The notes below the pieces were generated by a model, which did not search any database, was not told the origin of the DNA, and was given only the letters and a program-made list of their open reading frames with translations. DNA of 64,000 bases from Octopus vulgaris (lineage: Eukaryota), in NCBI GenBank assembly GCA_951406725.2, contig OX597814.1, positions 213,032,001 to 213,096,000 of the forward strand, in the 5' to 3' direction. The translations under genes were made by a program, and so were the position numbers. Positions 43,709 through 57,225 of the stretch are shown piece after piece (position 1 is the first letter of the stretch; the number at the start of each line of letters is the position of its first letter).

Positions 43709-44253
43709 TTAATTTAATAATACCATTAATTTAACACCAAGTAGCTTAGCACAAAAAACTAGGGAGATAATACAAATTTCTACATAAATTATTAAAGAGT
43801 TACCACTATGTGGATAGCTCTAGTACTAAAAATAGCTCCGTTAGTATAGGCTATACTAACGGAGCTATTTTTAGCACTAGAGCTATCCACATAGTGGTAA
43901 CTCTCTAATAATTTATGTATATATATATATATATATATATATAGATAGATATATATATATATATATATATATATACACTTATAAATTCATCATTTATCAT
44001 CTGAAAGTTTCAACCTTTCGCTTTCTCCCGTTTTGCATGTATACATATATACATGGATTGTATTTTATGCACTTAATATATTTAATATATTTGATGCGTC
44101 TAATTTCCTTCTCCCCATAAGTACCTCTATACCTGCTCAACTTGATCTCACTTATAGTCTTTCTTTACCTTGTAAAATGAATCCCTGTAGAATGATCAGC
44201 ACTACTAAGTGACATCTACACAGAGAATATGTAGATCTCATCTGTGAACTATA

Positions 44254-44296
<43 letters not shown>

Positions 44297-44299
44297 ATG

Positions 44300-44356
<57 letters not shown>

Positions 44357-44393
44357 ATGTGTACGTTTGTATGTATGTATAAATGTATATGTA

Positions 44394-44441
<48 letters not shown>

Positions 44442-44445
44442 GATG

Positions 44446-44499
44446 ATATTGGTACAGATTTTTTATAAATTGTTGTCTCCAAGGATATATATATATAAG

Positions 44500-44562
<63 letters not shown>

Positions 44563-44602
44563 CCTGGGAGACAACAATTTATAAAAAAATCTGTACCAAT
44601 AT
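44446..44602. repeat. 40 bp inverted repeat around a (TA)n spacer
   Basis: atattggtacagatttttt...gtctccaagga mirrors tcctgggagac...aaaatctgtaccaatat. Confidence 0.9.
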
Positions 44603-45635
44603 GATCTCTAGATGCAACTGGCAAAAGATTTCTTTCAGGAAGCATATGCGTTTGCTTGTTTAAACGTTTTAAAGCACGATTAAATAGATTTTTAGTCCTG
44701 TTCGCAAATCATGCTTCAGTAGAAGAGAATAAGCAAATATTAGATTAAGTAATTAGATCATACGATTGAAAATAATTCGCCTTATCTAGTATAATTCTTG
44801 TATGACGAAATGTTTCCAGGATCCACATAAAGCTAGCAATAAATTAACTTTCCAGATAGAGGTAACCCAAGAGATTCTATTACATTTCTTGCAGCATTTG
44901 ATTGATGAAAGTATTTCCTAACAATCCCTCTTTTCATTTTCTGCATTACATAGTAACAAACATTGACAAATGAATTGCGAAATAGGCTAGACGTTTCCGT
45001 TTATTGTCTTACCACCAAAGCCATTATAATTTACTGGATGAATAACAACACTACACGATAATTATGTCGTAACATTAACAGATAGTGTTACAACACCATA
45101 CACATGCAATAAAAATTAAACGATAATGTAGGAAAAACTGATAATTACTAAATGAAAATAACAGAATTTTTTTTTTCATTATCTCTTAAACGTATTCGAA
45201 GCGCTAGCTGAAAAGAAAGCGCTCAATGTTTTATGACTATATTATATTTTGCACAGGAAATTATATATATTATTAATTCATTTACTAAGCATTAAATTAA
45301 TCGGGAAACAACATGATATATTAATCTTTACTTTACTTCATAGAAGGATACTAATGAACTTCGGTACGCTGACTGCACAACAAAGTAATGAGAGAGTCTC
45401 CGTCTTTATTTCACTGTTGTTGCTACAAATCTGTCAAACGTTATTTTCTGTATGTTATCCGCTGTTCACTCTTTCTGTAATCTATTTTCATAACACAGTC
45501 ATATGAGTGTGTGTGTATGTGTGTGTGTGTGTTTCTACACGCGTACAAATGTACAGGGCATATGCATTCACCTCAAAAGAAACAAGCGCTCAACAGAATA
45601 CCGATGTAGTTAACAATACGATTTACCTTGTGAAT

Positions 45636-45707
<72 letters not shown>

Positions 45708-45771
45708 GTATATAAGCAACAATAAATCTCAGAGCGAGTTATAAACAGTAGCTACAAACATCGTTACGCAC

Positions 45772-46065
45772 ATTTGCCATTTAAATATGGCTAACCCCTA
45801 AGAGTGGATGCTACTGTAGTTTGTAGCCCCAGGTGGACACCTCCTCCAGCTGGCCATAGACCCATTTTCTTTGCCCTATCAGTGTTTGCAAAGGGAAGCC
45901 ATCCTTCCCGTCTTCAACTTATGATACGGGAAGGATGGCTTCCCTTTGCAAACACTGATAGGGCACAGAAATTGTGTCTATGGCCAGCTGGAGGAGGTGT
46001 CTTCCTGGGGCTACAAACTTCAGTAGCATCCACCCTTAGGGGTTAGCCATATTTAAATGGCAAAT
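45772..46065. repeat. Near-perfect 140 bp-arm hairpin (14 nt loop) between TA microsatellites
   Basis: 45772-45911 is the reverse complement of 45926-46065 with a few mismatches. Confidence 0.95.
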
Positions 46066-46621
46066 ATACGTATATATACATACATATATATATATATATA
46101 TATACTTCATACTTACATGTATGTATTTTATACACATATACGGAGGATTCTAAACTATGAAATAGTATAAGATTATCGTCAACAGAGCATTGAAAAGATG
46201 ACTAGAAACACAAAATTTGGTGAAGCTACAAGAAGAAACACTGGATACTTGAGGAAGCAAAAATAACACAGTAAGGAAAATACAGGTTTCCCAGTGTGCA
46301 AATATAGCGGAAGAAATGATATAGTCGAGACAGGTATATTGAGTCCGCACTGCTCAAGATAGAAGCAACATTTTAGATCCCATTAACTTTTATAGTGGGA
46401 AGCACTTCAGTCTGCTACAGTTATTATTCGATAATAGCCAACGAATTAAGTATTAAGATGCATACCAGCAATGAATCGACAAATGGTGTTTCTGATTCAC
46501 AAGTAGTTCTTTCTAAAAAAAAAAATTATGAATTTCTCGCTTTCTCGCTCAAGTAGATTGGACATCTCGGAGAAGTGCGTGGTAACCGTGCTTTGACGCA
46601 CTAGCGCTTTCTATATAGCAA

Positions 46622-46677
<56 letters not shown>

Positions 46678-46689
46678 TATATATATACG

Positions 46690-47262
46690 CTTAGCGTCTT
46701 GCTGGTAATTAACATCATGATTTCAAGTCTTCCCCTACCCAGCTTCTTTTTTATAGACAGTTACATATATCCAATTTGACAACTCCTAATATTTTATTTC
46801 CTCCCTGAGGAAAAGGGGTACATATGATAATATTTATGACCATACCTAGCCACGAGCTGTCATTTCACTCTTGCCCCTTATTGAAAATAAACAAGGTCTT
46901 CTAATCTTAGATTTAGTAGCTGATAAAGAGATAAATGAATTATAAACGAATTACAATCCCTTACAGTATTATGATCCCCAATAAGCTTCAAGCGATTTTT
47001 GGAAATGTAATCTATCCGTAGCTACAATAACTACAACGTGAATTTCTTTCATCTTGTTCTCTTAAAATACTTTAGAAAAATTATGTCAATGTGCCATACT
47101 TGTTAAAATTCTATTTATTTATTTATGTGGGCAGCTAAAGATAGCACTACGTTGATGTAGTGCTATCTTCAGCTTAAATTGTTGTAAAGTTTGCATTGTG
47201 CAATTAAATGGAGCCGCTTGAAACTGCATTACAACTCGATATTATGTTGCTTATTTTGATTA
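46690..47262 (+). mobile_element. (TA)n-flanked element homologous to 51110-51590, with a decayed hammerhead
   Basis: Shares gtcttcccctacccagc..ttttatagacagttac, tagctgataa and caattaaatgga.ccgcttgaaac. Confidence 0.65.
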
Positions 47263-47278
47263 CATATATATATATATC

Positions 47279-47315
<37 letters not shown>

Positions 47316-47706
47316 ACCCGAATATTCAGATGAATATTTCTGCATTAAGTAACTTTTAAATAGGTTTTACATCAACCTATACACATCTTTTGCCTTGCCA
47401 ATTCATATCGTGTGAATTGGCAAGGCAATTTCACACAGTGTACGTTTTCTTGAGCCAATCAGTGAAAATCGTGGGTACCTTTATTTGGATCTATGTATTC
47501 AAAATCCAAACTTTAAATATAATTGCTCAGAGAGCATTTTAGCTTTCAATTTGTTAAGACAAGAGGTAGTGTTTTAGAAAACAAGGTTACGCTCGAGTAC
47601 GTTTCGATAAAGAACTTATGCTACCTGTTTCCCCTTTGTGGAGATCCGAGAGACTCGATAAAGAAAGCTGCTCAATAATTCGTTGCATTTAAGTTAATAG
47701 TTGGAA

Positions 47707-48105
47707 TCTTCTTTATATATAAAAGTCAAGTTGTGTGTCTGTCTCCTACGATTTAGATTCCTAACTACTCCCACATTTTGCGGTGCAGTTTAACCAAAAC
47801 CGGGTATCTTATAGTCGTGATTCATATCGAGCCCTTCTGGGTATTAGCTCGCGTCTACGATGAGTCTACGATTTTAAAAAAAATTACCATAATTTTTCCC
47901 ATTTTTAATGCATTTTTTCGCTATTATATAAGGGAAGTAACTCTCTAAAAATGTATACGATGAGTCAACGATTTAAAAAGAAAATTACCAGCATGTTTTT
48001 CCATTTCCAATGCATTTCTTTGCTATTTTTTGGCTATAACTCTCTAAAAATGCTTATATAGTTATTTCCCTTACAAACCCGAGCAACGCCGGGCGATACT
48101 GCTAG
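47707..48105 (+). mobile_element. Non-autonomous Helitron
   Basis: 5' TC, subterminal hairpin cccgagcaacgccggg, 3' CTAG, inserted between A and T with no TSD; internal tandem duplication. Confidence 0.85.
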
Positions 48106-48902
48106 TTAATAAATAAACAATTTCTTCGTTCTCGTCATCTTTTTATTCATAGAGCTCGCAAATCTAAATCGCCACTGTTGTTTTAAGATGTTGAGTGGAT
48201 GGAGTATAATTTGTAATATTTACTGCATTTTTGACACTAAGAAGAATCTTAAGTGTACACTACCTTACAAAAGTTATATCCACCAATCAAATGACCTTCT
48301 CTAAAAAGCATTAAACACACTATAACATATTCAGAACACTACTTCAAAAAATAATTTCCATTCTCTTTGAGCGTACAAAAGACAAAATAAGTACAACAAA
48401 ATAATGTAAATTTGCCTCTTCAATTCTTTGGAATTACTTTCGAAAAAAAACTTCTATTCATCAATATCCATTCTTAGATATCAGCAAGATCAAAAATGCA
48501 ACAAGAGTTTAAAATATGTATGTGATATGAGAGACGATCGTGGCAAAGTGGCGTAGGATATGAAATTAACGGAACTCGACTAAATCTAAAAAAACTCTAG
48601 ATAAATATTTTCTATAGCTTCTGCACAATCTACCGGAGTGTCTCTCTTCCAGAATATATTTACCCACCATGCATGTGCGGTAAAAAGAATTATTGAAATT
48701 AGCCATTTCCCATTTTGCACCACTTTAGACAGGTTTTGAAAATTGATTATTACCAAACTAGACAGTGTGGAGAAAATTGAACTGGAAACCAATAGAGAAA
48801 AGAATTGTCATTGTTAATCACCAAAGATTATCGAGATATTTTGTAAGCAACCTCAATTACAATCGAGTCAAATTTGAGGAAACATTTTTTTGAAACTAAT
48901 GT

Positions 48903-49133
48903 ACCTATTTCTTTATTACCCACAAGGGGCTAAACACAGAGGGGACAAACAAGGAAAGACATAGGTATTAAGTCGATTACATCGACCCCAGTGCGTAACT
49001 GGTACTTAATTTATCGACCCTGAAAGGATGAAAGGCAAAGTCGACCTCGGCGGAATTCGAACTCACAACGTAACGCAGGCGAAATACCGCTAAGCATTTC
49101 GCCCGGCGTGCTAACGTTTCTGCCAGCTCGCCG
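48903..49133 (-). mobile_element. SINE, family A
   Basis: Near-identical to 43478-43708. Confidence 0.9.
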
Positions 49134-50046
49134 TCGCAGGATTTCAAAAACAACAACTATGCTGACCAATTTTTACCTCCAAAGATGATGCAAAAGTACA
49201 AAATGGTGATGCAATACTTTCAATTTAATGATATTAAAGAGATAGGAAAAAATAACACTAAATCAATAATTACTCATTTGTGTCCAGGCCCCCACTAAGT
49301 TAAAGTTACTGCCATATACAGATCAAGAAGGGTTACCTTCGCTCTTAAAGGTGCTGCAATATATAGATCAAGAAGGGTTACTTTCGCTCATATTCGGAAA
49401 TAGACTCCAAAAAATATTAAGAACAGGAGAATATTAATGTAAAATAATTTTTATTTAAATTTTCATTTGTGCTGCAGTTAAGATGTAGGTGTGTTCGTTT
49501 ATGCGTGAGTGTGTGTGTGTGTGTGTGTGTTTGTATGTATATGTGTACGTGCCCGATAGTTAGTATCTATATATGTGTATATGAAATTTTTAATTTGATG
49601 GTGCTTCCTGTAAATTGTTTGTATCCACATTATCATATTAATTTCGTCCTATAATTATGGAGAGATGATTTGCGAACTATATTATGTTTTAGACAGAGGT
49701 ACCACTGAATGTTTTAACTTTAAACAGTATTCATACACTACACAAGTATATGTGTAGTGCATATTTTATTGATGCAGGGAGGATGAAACAGCGAGGTCGA
49801 AAGGCATCCGGCAGGATTTGGACTGAGAGCGAAAATCCACCTTTGAGTGCTTCACGAACTTTTCCATCTCCAGTTAATGTTATAAATTAGTTCAGCAATG
49901 TTAATGCTCTTTCAAAATATGGAAACATTGTTGCAGATCAGTTTATAGAGTTTATCTTGCTTTAATATTTCTGTTAGGTTGACTTAAGCACCAACTGAAA
50001 ATAATCTATGCAGTATGTATTCAGAATATCGCAGTGACATTCTATG

Positions 50047-50292
50047 TCTGGATAGATTCCTTCAAAGAATACCAGATAAGCCACCCATAATTGAATACAA
50101 CTCACCCAACAAGAACTCACTACTTGAACAAAACTGGATACAACTCACCCAAGAACTCACTACTTGAACAAAACTTGACATAAACAAAACTTGACTTAAA
50201 CAGGATTCGAATAATCCTATCAGGTGGTGCTATTAAGTCAGACATGGCCTGGACCAATCTTTGGTCGAAACATATCTAAGTTTATCTAAGTT
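50047..50292 (+). mobile_element. CR1-group LINE 3' end
   Basis: Homologous to 14768-14965; ends in an (atctaagttt)2 tail. Confidence 0.7.
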
Positions 50293-51472
50293 TATATATT
50301 GTATATGGTTGTAATTCCATGTAACTCTAGTTATATATATTTTCCCCTGTTTTCTAATCATTCCTTAGGCACCTATTATGAGGATGGGTCTTTTTTATCT
50401 TTTGACATTCTCATTGTCTCTCTCTATCCAGTCATTTGTATATATCTTTTTCGTTTTATTATAGAAATGCATTATACACAACTGGAATTGATACATCAAC
50501 TTGGAGAGCTTTACTTTTCTAATAGTATTTGACTATAATATCCACCATATTTTATTTCTCTGTTTAAATTAACATATTCCAGTAAGTGGGGTCATTCTCT
50601 TTTACTCTGGAGCTTTTTGTAGCGTGTAATCATGCAGTTCAGTGTGTAATACATAATATTGGTATAATTGCAATTGTATTAATCTCTATTTCTTAACTAT
50701 GCATATACATATATATGTATATGTGTGTGTGTGTGTGTTTGTGTCTGTATATATTTTTTCTGATTCTTAGCTTATTATTAATATATAGATAGCATGATGT
50801 ATCGTCCCAGTATTCCATAAGTAAATACCCAGAGCAGTTTTTATAGAAACCACCTAATAAGTAGATAATTAAGGACATGAATGAATATTAAACTAATTCT
50901 ATATGATCTTCCCTTTCTAATGTCGAAAATTGGTATATATACACATTTTATGTATTCTTGTTATAATATCATTTTTAGTAATCTTAAATTTTATCCTTAT
51001 ACAACATAACAATATTGTTTATATACAATCACCCATAGTACCCGATAATAATTTCCTCTGTTTTAACATCATAAGTTTTATTAGCATCTTGCTCCTTTAA
51101 TTGGTAATTAACATCTTGATTTGGGGGTCTTCCCCTACCCAGCCTCCTTTATAGACAGTTACTTAATACTAATCTTAAAATCCTGGCAATATTTATGACT
51201 ATACTATGTATTGTCAACTCACTCCTGCCCTCCATTCTAAACAGAAGCAGTCCCTTAGTTTTTGGTTTGGTAGCTGATAATAAGACTAATAAATTGAAAA
51301 AGAACCACGGTCCTTTACAAGCTATGACCTCAACAAACTTCATAGACATCTTAGTAGTGTAGTATATTCTTAGCTACGTTAGTGGCAACATGGAATCTTA
51401 CCCTATTCTTGGTCTATTAGAGCATTTGAGTAAAATTATAGTGTCCAACTGATTAAGAAATTCTATTTATTT

Positions 51473-51560
51473 ATGCAGCTGAGGATAGCCCTACGTTTAA
51501 ATTGATATAGTGGTTGCATTGTTCAATTAAATGGAACCGCTTGAAACGGTCGTACTGTAT
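51473..51560 (+). ncRNA. Type I hammerhead ribozyme
   Basis: atgcag CTGAGGA [tagc..cgtttaaattgatatagtg-gttg-cattgttcaattaaatg..gctt] GAAAC GGTC GTA ctgtat; 6 bp stem I; GUA triplet ending at 51554. Confidence 0.8.
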
Positions 51561-51758
51561 CACATCTTGATATCCTGTTGCTTATTTTAAATTTCACCTT
51601 ATTTTGAGTGGTGCGGATAATACCGCAATGATCTGCAGCTTCATCTTAAGTAAATTATTCAACTGAATGTCAATTGTTTCTTAACTTGTGAACCGAGCCT
51701 ATATATATATATATATGTGTGTGTGTGTATGTATGTATGTATGTATATATATAATATA

Positions 51759-51802
<44 letters not shown>

Positions 51803-51803
<1 letters not shown>

Positions 51804-51972
51804 CGGGAAGATTTATGAAAATAAACAAAAGACGAAGGCAGGTGGAATACAGACAAACAATTGCATTAGTATGGCGCTCAGGAATATAAATAAAACAAGT
51901 CTTTTACGTTTCGAGCCTACGCTCTTCAACAGAAAGATACGCAGAAAAGAAACACGGAGAGAAACAAGGAGA

Positions 51973-51975
<3 letters not shown>
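51803..51975 (-). mobile_element. Short (TA)n-flanked element with a variant hammerhead-like motif
   Basis: Homologous to 21980-22135; long TA runs on both sides. Confidence 0.65.
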
Positions 51976-52043
<68 letters not shown>

Positions 52044-52251
52044 TACGTATGTATATGTATATACACGTATGTATACGTGTATGTATGTACGTGTATGTGT
52101 GTGTGTATGTGTATGTGTATTGTATCATATTTCGTGTAGGCCGAAATTGGACAGCGAGAAAAACTGTTAATTCATTGCACTGTCGGCGTCTCCGTGGTTT
52201 ATGGTCATATAGTTATATATGCATGTATGTACATACACAAAGCGCGTGCAG

Positions 52252-52309
<58 letters not shown>

Positions 52310-52391
52310 AAATATATATATATATATACATGTATGTATATACATATACATATTTTTTTTTCTTTTTCTTTTTCTTTTTTTTTTTTAATTT

Positions 52392-52596
52392 TTTCAGTCA
52401 TTTGACTGCGGCCATACTGGAGCACCACCCTTAGTCGAGCAAATCGATCCCGGGACTTATTCTTTGTAAGCCCAGTACTTATTCTATCGGTCTCTTTTAC
52501 CGAACTGCTAGGTGACGGGGACGTAAACACACCAGCATCGGTTGTCAAGCAATGCTAGGGGGGCAAACACAGACACACAAACACACACACGCACAA

Positions 52597-52629
<33 letters not shown>

Positions 52630-52800
52630 CATATATACGACAGGCTTCTTTCAGTTTCCGTCTACCAAATCCACTCACAAAGCATTGGTCGGCCCCAGGC
52701 TATAGCAGAAGACACATGCCCAAGATGCCACGCAGTGGGAATGAACCCGGAACCATGTGGTTGGTAAGTAAGCTACTTATCACACTGCCACTCCTGCGCC
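52392..52800 (-). mobile_element. SINE, family B
   Basis: Near-identical to 19654-20060. Confidence 0.9.
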
Positions 52801-54963
52801 TATATATATATATATATAATTTTGAATTATCTAACATTTTGTCACTACGTATTGATATATATATATATATATACACCATATCGTTGTCAGTTATATAAAA
52901 TTCTGCTTTATATTTTGCTGTTTTGTGCGCGAAGGACCGGCAGGGTTGTAAGGGAAAGATATTTGAATTTCGTAAAATCCCTTTGCGCTATAATAACGAA
53001 TCCTACCAAGACAACTTTGCATTTCATTCTCCCGCATAACATTTAAACCTTGGAGTCCATTTGATCGATCTTCACTAACCCAAAATTTTGTATCGTGTTA
53101 TTCTTAAGTTAGAAATCAATATGTTCTAATATTCTAGACGAATTTATGATTCATTAGTTTTGATTGTTTGTATAATGGCACTTCTCTTTTGTTCTGGTTG
53201 CTTGTCTTTATTTCCATGCTGATAATACCCTTTAACAATTGAAATGGTCTGCTGATAGATATTTATTTTTCCCATATGTATGAGCACTTGTGTATGCGCT
53301 TGTCTGTGTGCGAGTGCGCGTGTGCATGTGTGTGTGTGAGTGTATGTGCGCGTATGAGTGTTTCTCTATGTATACATTCACATTGTGTGTGTATGCGTGT
53401 ACACCAATACGCATATGGTAAATGAATGATGCGTATTATCTCTTGTTACGTACTCTACTTTATAGAAAGGATATATTTAAGCCCACTTAACTCATTACTG
53501 AAACAGTGGAGACTCACGATGACATCCATTAATTTATTTTAGGCCTATGATGTCACGAATAGATATAGAAGGTTCCCCGGCCCTTATATTCTGGACCTAA
53601 AGCCAGTGATAGATGGAGGGGAGAGTTCGCGGCAGCAATTCTGAAACGGTACTCATTTCCTGATGTAGAACATTGGATTAAAATTAAATAAATGCAATAC
53701 CTAACAAAACCACGCTACCTCCAGAGTTGAACCAACAATCCCACGCTCTAAACTCTGAGTTACTAGCCTTCGCACATTTTGTTATTATAAGTATTATTTT
53801 CAAAGCTCATATAATAATGAATTTATTGCAATTATATTCATTATATTCTCAAATGAAAAGAAATTTGCTTTTGAATTTCAGAATTTAATCAATTATATAT
53901 AATTTTTTTTGATGTTTTGGGTTTTTTTTTTTTTTAGCAATGGAGTTTCATATGAAACTTGTTCAAAATGTTCTTGCCGATAGTTTTTTTTCCTTTTTTA
54001 TTAAGCCTACTATATTTTACATGATGTTTGTCTCCAAATCGCTCTCCGAGCTTGCTGTCTATTCCAAAACGTATATGAACTGACGAGTAGCAATATGTGT
54101 TACATATTCAGTATTCACATTTACATTGCAGTCAACTAATCAATTCATCGTTTTGGAACCAAACCTCAACTGAAATGAGAATAATACATAAATCTATTGT
54201 TACCATATTTTCACTGAACTCGCTTGATTCAAACAGAAATTTATATTACTGAGGCACATAATGCAAACAATGCAATGTCTCCTATCAAATAAATATCTTC
54301 GTCTAGCCAAGATCTATCTATCGTCTACGCTGTTGAAATGGTTTCGTATCTAAAAGAAATGATATTAATGTAGCTTATAGACTGTTTGTCTTCGGCATGG
54401 TACTAAATGATGATATGTCTATTACAGCATTAGACATTTAATGTCCCCAACAATGAACATCAGCTTAATAGAAACTTAATGCGTTTCTTCTATTGTCATT
54501 GAACATAAGTTTCTAAATTCTGGCAGCGATATAGCGATATCTTGCGATAACAAAGTTATTTATTTTATTTTTTTTATTCATTTTGTGAATGGTATTGATA
54601 TCGAAAAGAGAATATTCGATTATGGTTCATGTCGCCATTTTTTCATTTTGCTGATATTTATCGTTTTAATTATGGACTATTCAAAACTTTCCATATATCA
54701 TGCATTAATGTCACACCGCTGTAAATGAAGAAAATTTTGAAAACTTAATATTTAAAAATATAATACATTATATTTACTAAATTATACATTATTATAACAA
54801 AACTCGATGTTATCTTTGAAATACATGTCTTTTTTATTATATGAATTATTTGAATGTAAATTATGATTTTCGCTTACATATGTGCGCGTATTCAGATACA
54901 TTTTGTATTTTTATGAATATAGACTTAATTTAAAACTGACAATTATTAACATATTATAATGAC

Positions 54964-55003
<40 letters not shown>

Positions 55004-55049
55004 TAAAATTCTGATATCATGCAATATTGGTAGTATAAATGAGTGTTGC

Positions 55050-56350
55050 TTTCGACTAATGATCGCTTATCATAATTGTTGATAAATGAAAATTCGCTGG
55101 GACAAACGGAAGAAGACGCCTAAATACATGATTAACACTCACTAGTTTTGAGCAGTACATGATGCGATATCATATCTTGCAAAGATAAGCTTTCCATTTG
55201 TCCTATTTATTCCAAATGAAGTTTAGATATTTTAGTCTGGTGAATTTATTGAAGAAATATTTAGCTTGAAGAATTGCATTGTGTGAATACCTGAGTTACC
55301 TACCAAGGCTTTGCATCAATGGTGAATTTTTAATTTTTCTTCATCACTTAGTAATGTACCATGCCGTGATTGAAGTTTTTCTTTTGGTGGGTGAAAGCTA
55401 ACTAGTATCTAGCAGTTAAATAACGACTCTCAAGCAAAAACGAGGACGAAGTTTGATATTATTAAGGATTTATTTGATAACATATATTTACCAAATTTTA
55501 ATCTCTGTTTACAAGGAAATGAGCTGATACGACATTTTTTGCTCTTAAAACGTTGGATCACCAGTTGAAGTGTTTAACAAACGGTCAAAATTATGATATT
55601 CCGAGAACCGATTTAGATTCAAACCACGTGTTGGCGGATTCATGAGATATCACTGAGGATATCATTCAAACTACAGATTCTAGCAGCAAAGAGTGATGGA
55701 TTGGTAGCACAGTTTCATCTAGAGTACATGAGCCGTATGCTTTGTGGGAAATAAAACACAGATTTCAGGAGTACACTCATCTAAGAGGAAAAACACAACG
55801 TCAGCCTCTAGATATTGCCTGCAGGGTGCTTCTGAAATATCACTTGAAATCTAAGTCAATACAACTCACTGTTGACACTCTAGGAGCGATGCATATCACA
55901 CAACGATCAGAGTCTGTTAGGCAGTTATTGATGCTGAGCTGCAGAGAAATTCTCAAATCGACTAATAAGCGTACATCTGTGAGTGTTGTAACTACTTAAA
56001 ACTGGCGAACCTGACAAATAAATTGAAAATCCTACACGGAAGAGCAAACTAGTTGCTCGAGTAGTCAAATGCAAATTAGTGTACTTCGCTAAAAGATGTG
56101 CCTCTGTTACAGAAGCCGTTAAAATCCATTTTCGATTCTTTCACGTTGTTTGGTACATACGAAAACTGTCAGAGAGATCTTTCGTGTGACTTTATCATTT
56201 AATCAAGTGGGATAAACTACTGCTTCCATATGCTAACGAAGCCTTGTTTGCAACGAAAAAGTGATGGAGAACTACAACTCGGGTACAAAACAATACACTG
56301 AAAACGTGATGCACATTGTGTACGTAGGATGCAATGTACGCAATGCACAA
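55050..56350 (+). mobile_element. Possible decayed hAT (Buster/Charlie-like) transposase
   Basis: NFNLCLQGNE resembles LNxxLQG and LLLPYANEALFA resembles the dimerisation-domain LLPFxxxYLCExxFS; very degenerate. Confidence 0.35.
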
Positions 56351-57155
56351 GTCAGCTTAAATACAATACTGTTCATCAGGTGACCCATAACGATGTTTGC
56401 AACATACAGTGGATAAAGACCTCAAAATTGTTTGAAAAAGACGGAGGATATTGATAATTGTTTATTAAAGTTTTACTAAAAGTGCGTTGTAATATAGAAA
56501 TACACATATGCGCTTATGTATGGTAATATTTATATATGTATATTACAAGTTAGTACCTTCAGCCAATTCTGCTATTTTCCACTCGTTCTAGTGGAATTCT
56601 TCATTTACTTGTTGGTTCCAGCAAATACATCGCCTCCTTTCGCTGTCTTACTTTAGTGCCTTTTTCTGTTTAGTACTATTCTCAGCTTTCCTCTACAGAA
56701 GGGGGCATTCAGTTCTATATATTACACATCTTTTTTTCTTTTTTAAGAAAACCTAACAAACATTGACAAAATACTTCTCGTGACTTGTTTTATCTATAGG
56801 ATATGACAAAGTGTTCTTCCATCCACTATCTCCCATTTGATTTGCACGTGTTTTCTTGAAGAACAAAACATTTTTCACCTTTGTGTATATTCTAATAATT
56901 TCTAAAGCAATTTTTATAATTATTTAAAACATTGATGTACATTGTTGTAATAGGAATTTCTTATCATTCTAATATTTGCTCTTTCGATTGCTCATTGCTT
57001 CGTGTAGCACGCTATTTCGTTTTTTATATTCTTTCATGTGTTCTCTTGTGCATAATTTATGACACTAGTAAATGAAAACAGGAACGGCAGATATATATGA
57101 GGGTGCGTGTCAGATTGTGTTTATACTTACACACACACACACACACAAACGCACT

Positions 57156-57210
<55 letters not shown>

Positions 57211-57225
57211 ACCGATAATTTTAAC

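Larger units (their letters stand above)
43038..43919 (-). mobile_element. Non-autonomous PLE/retrozyme-like element: terminal palindrome, direct repeat and hammerhead; interrupted by a SINE
   Basis: Palindrome arms 43781-43849 and 43851-43919 abut (TA)n; 68 bp direct repeat at 43038-43105 and 43782-43849; HHR at 43186-43259. Confidence 0.75.

Noticed and set aside
54075-54110. CTGACGA followed by a hairpin
   Set aside because: Followed by ATATT rather than GAAA; no stem I or III
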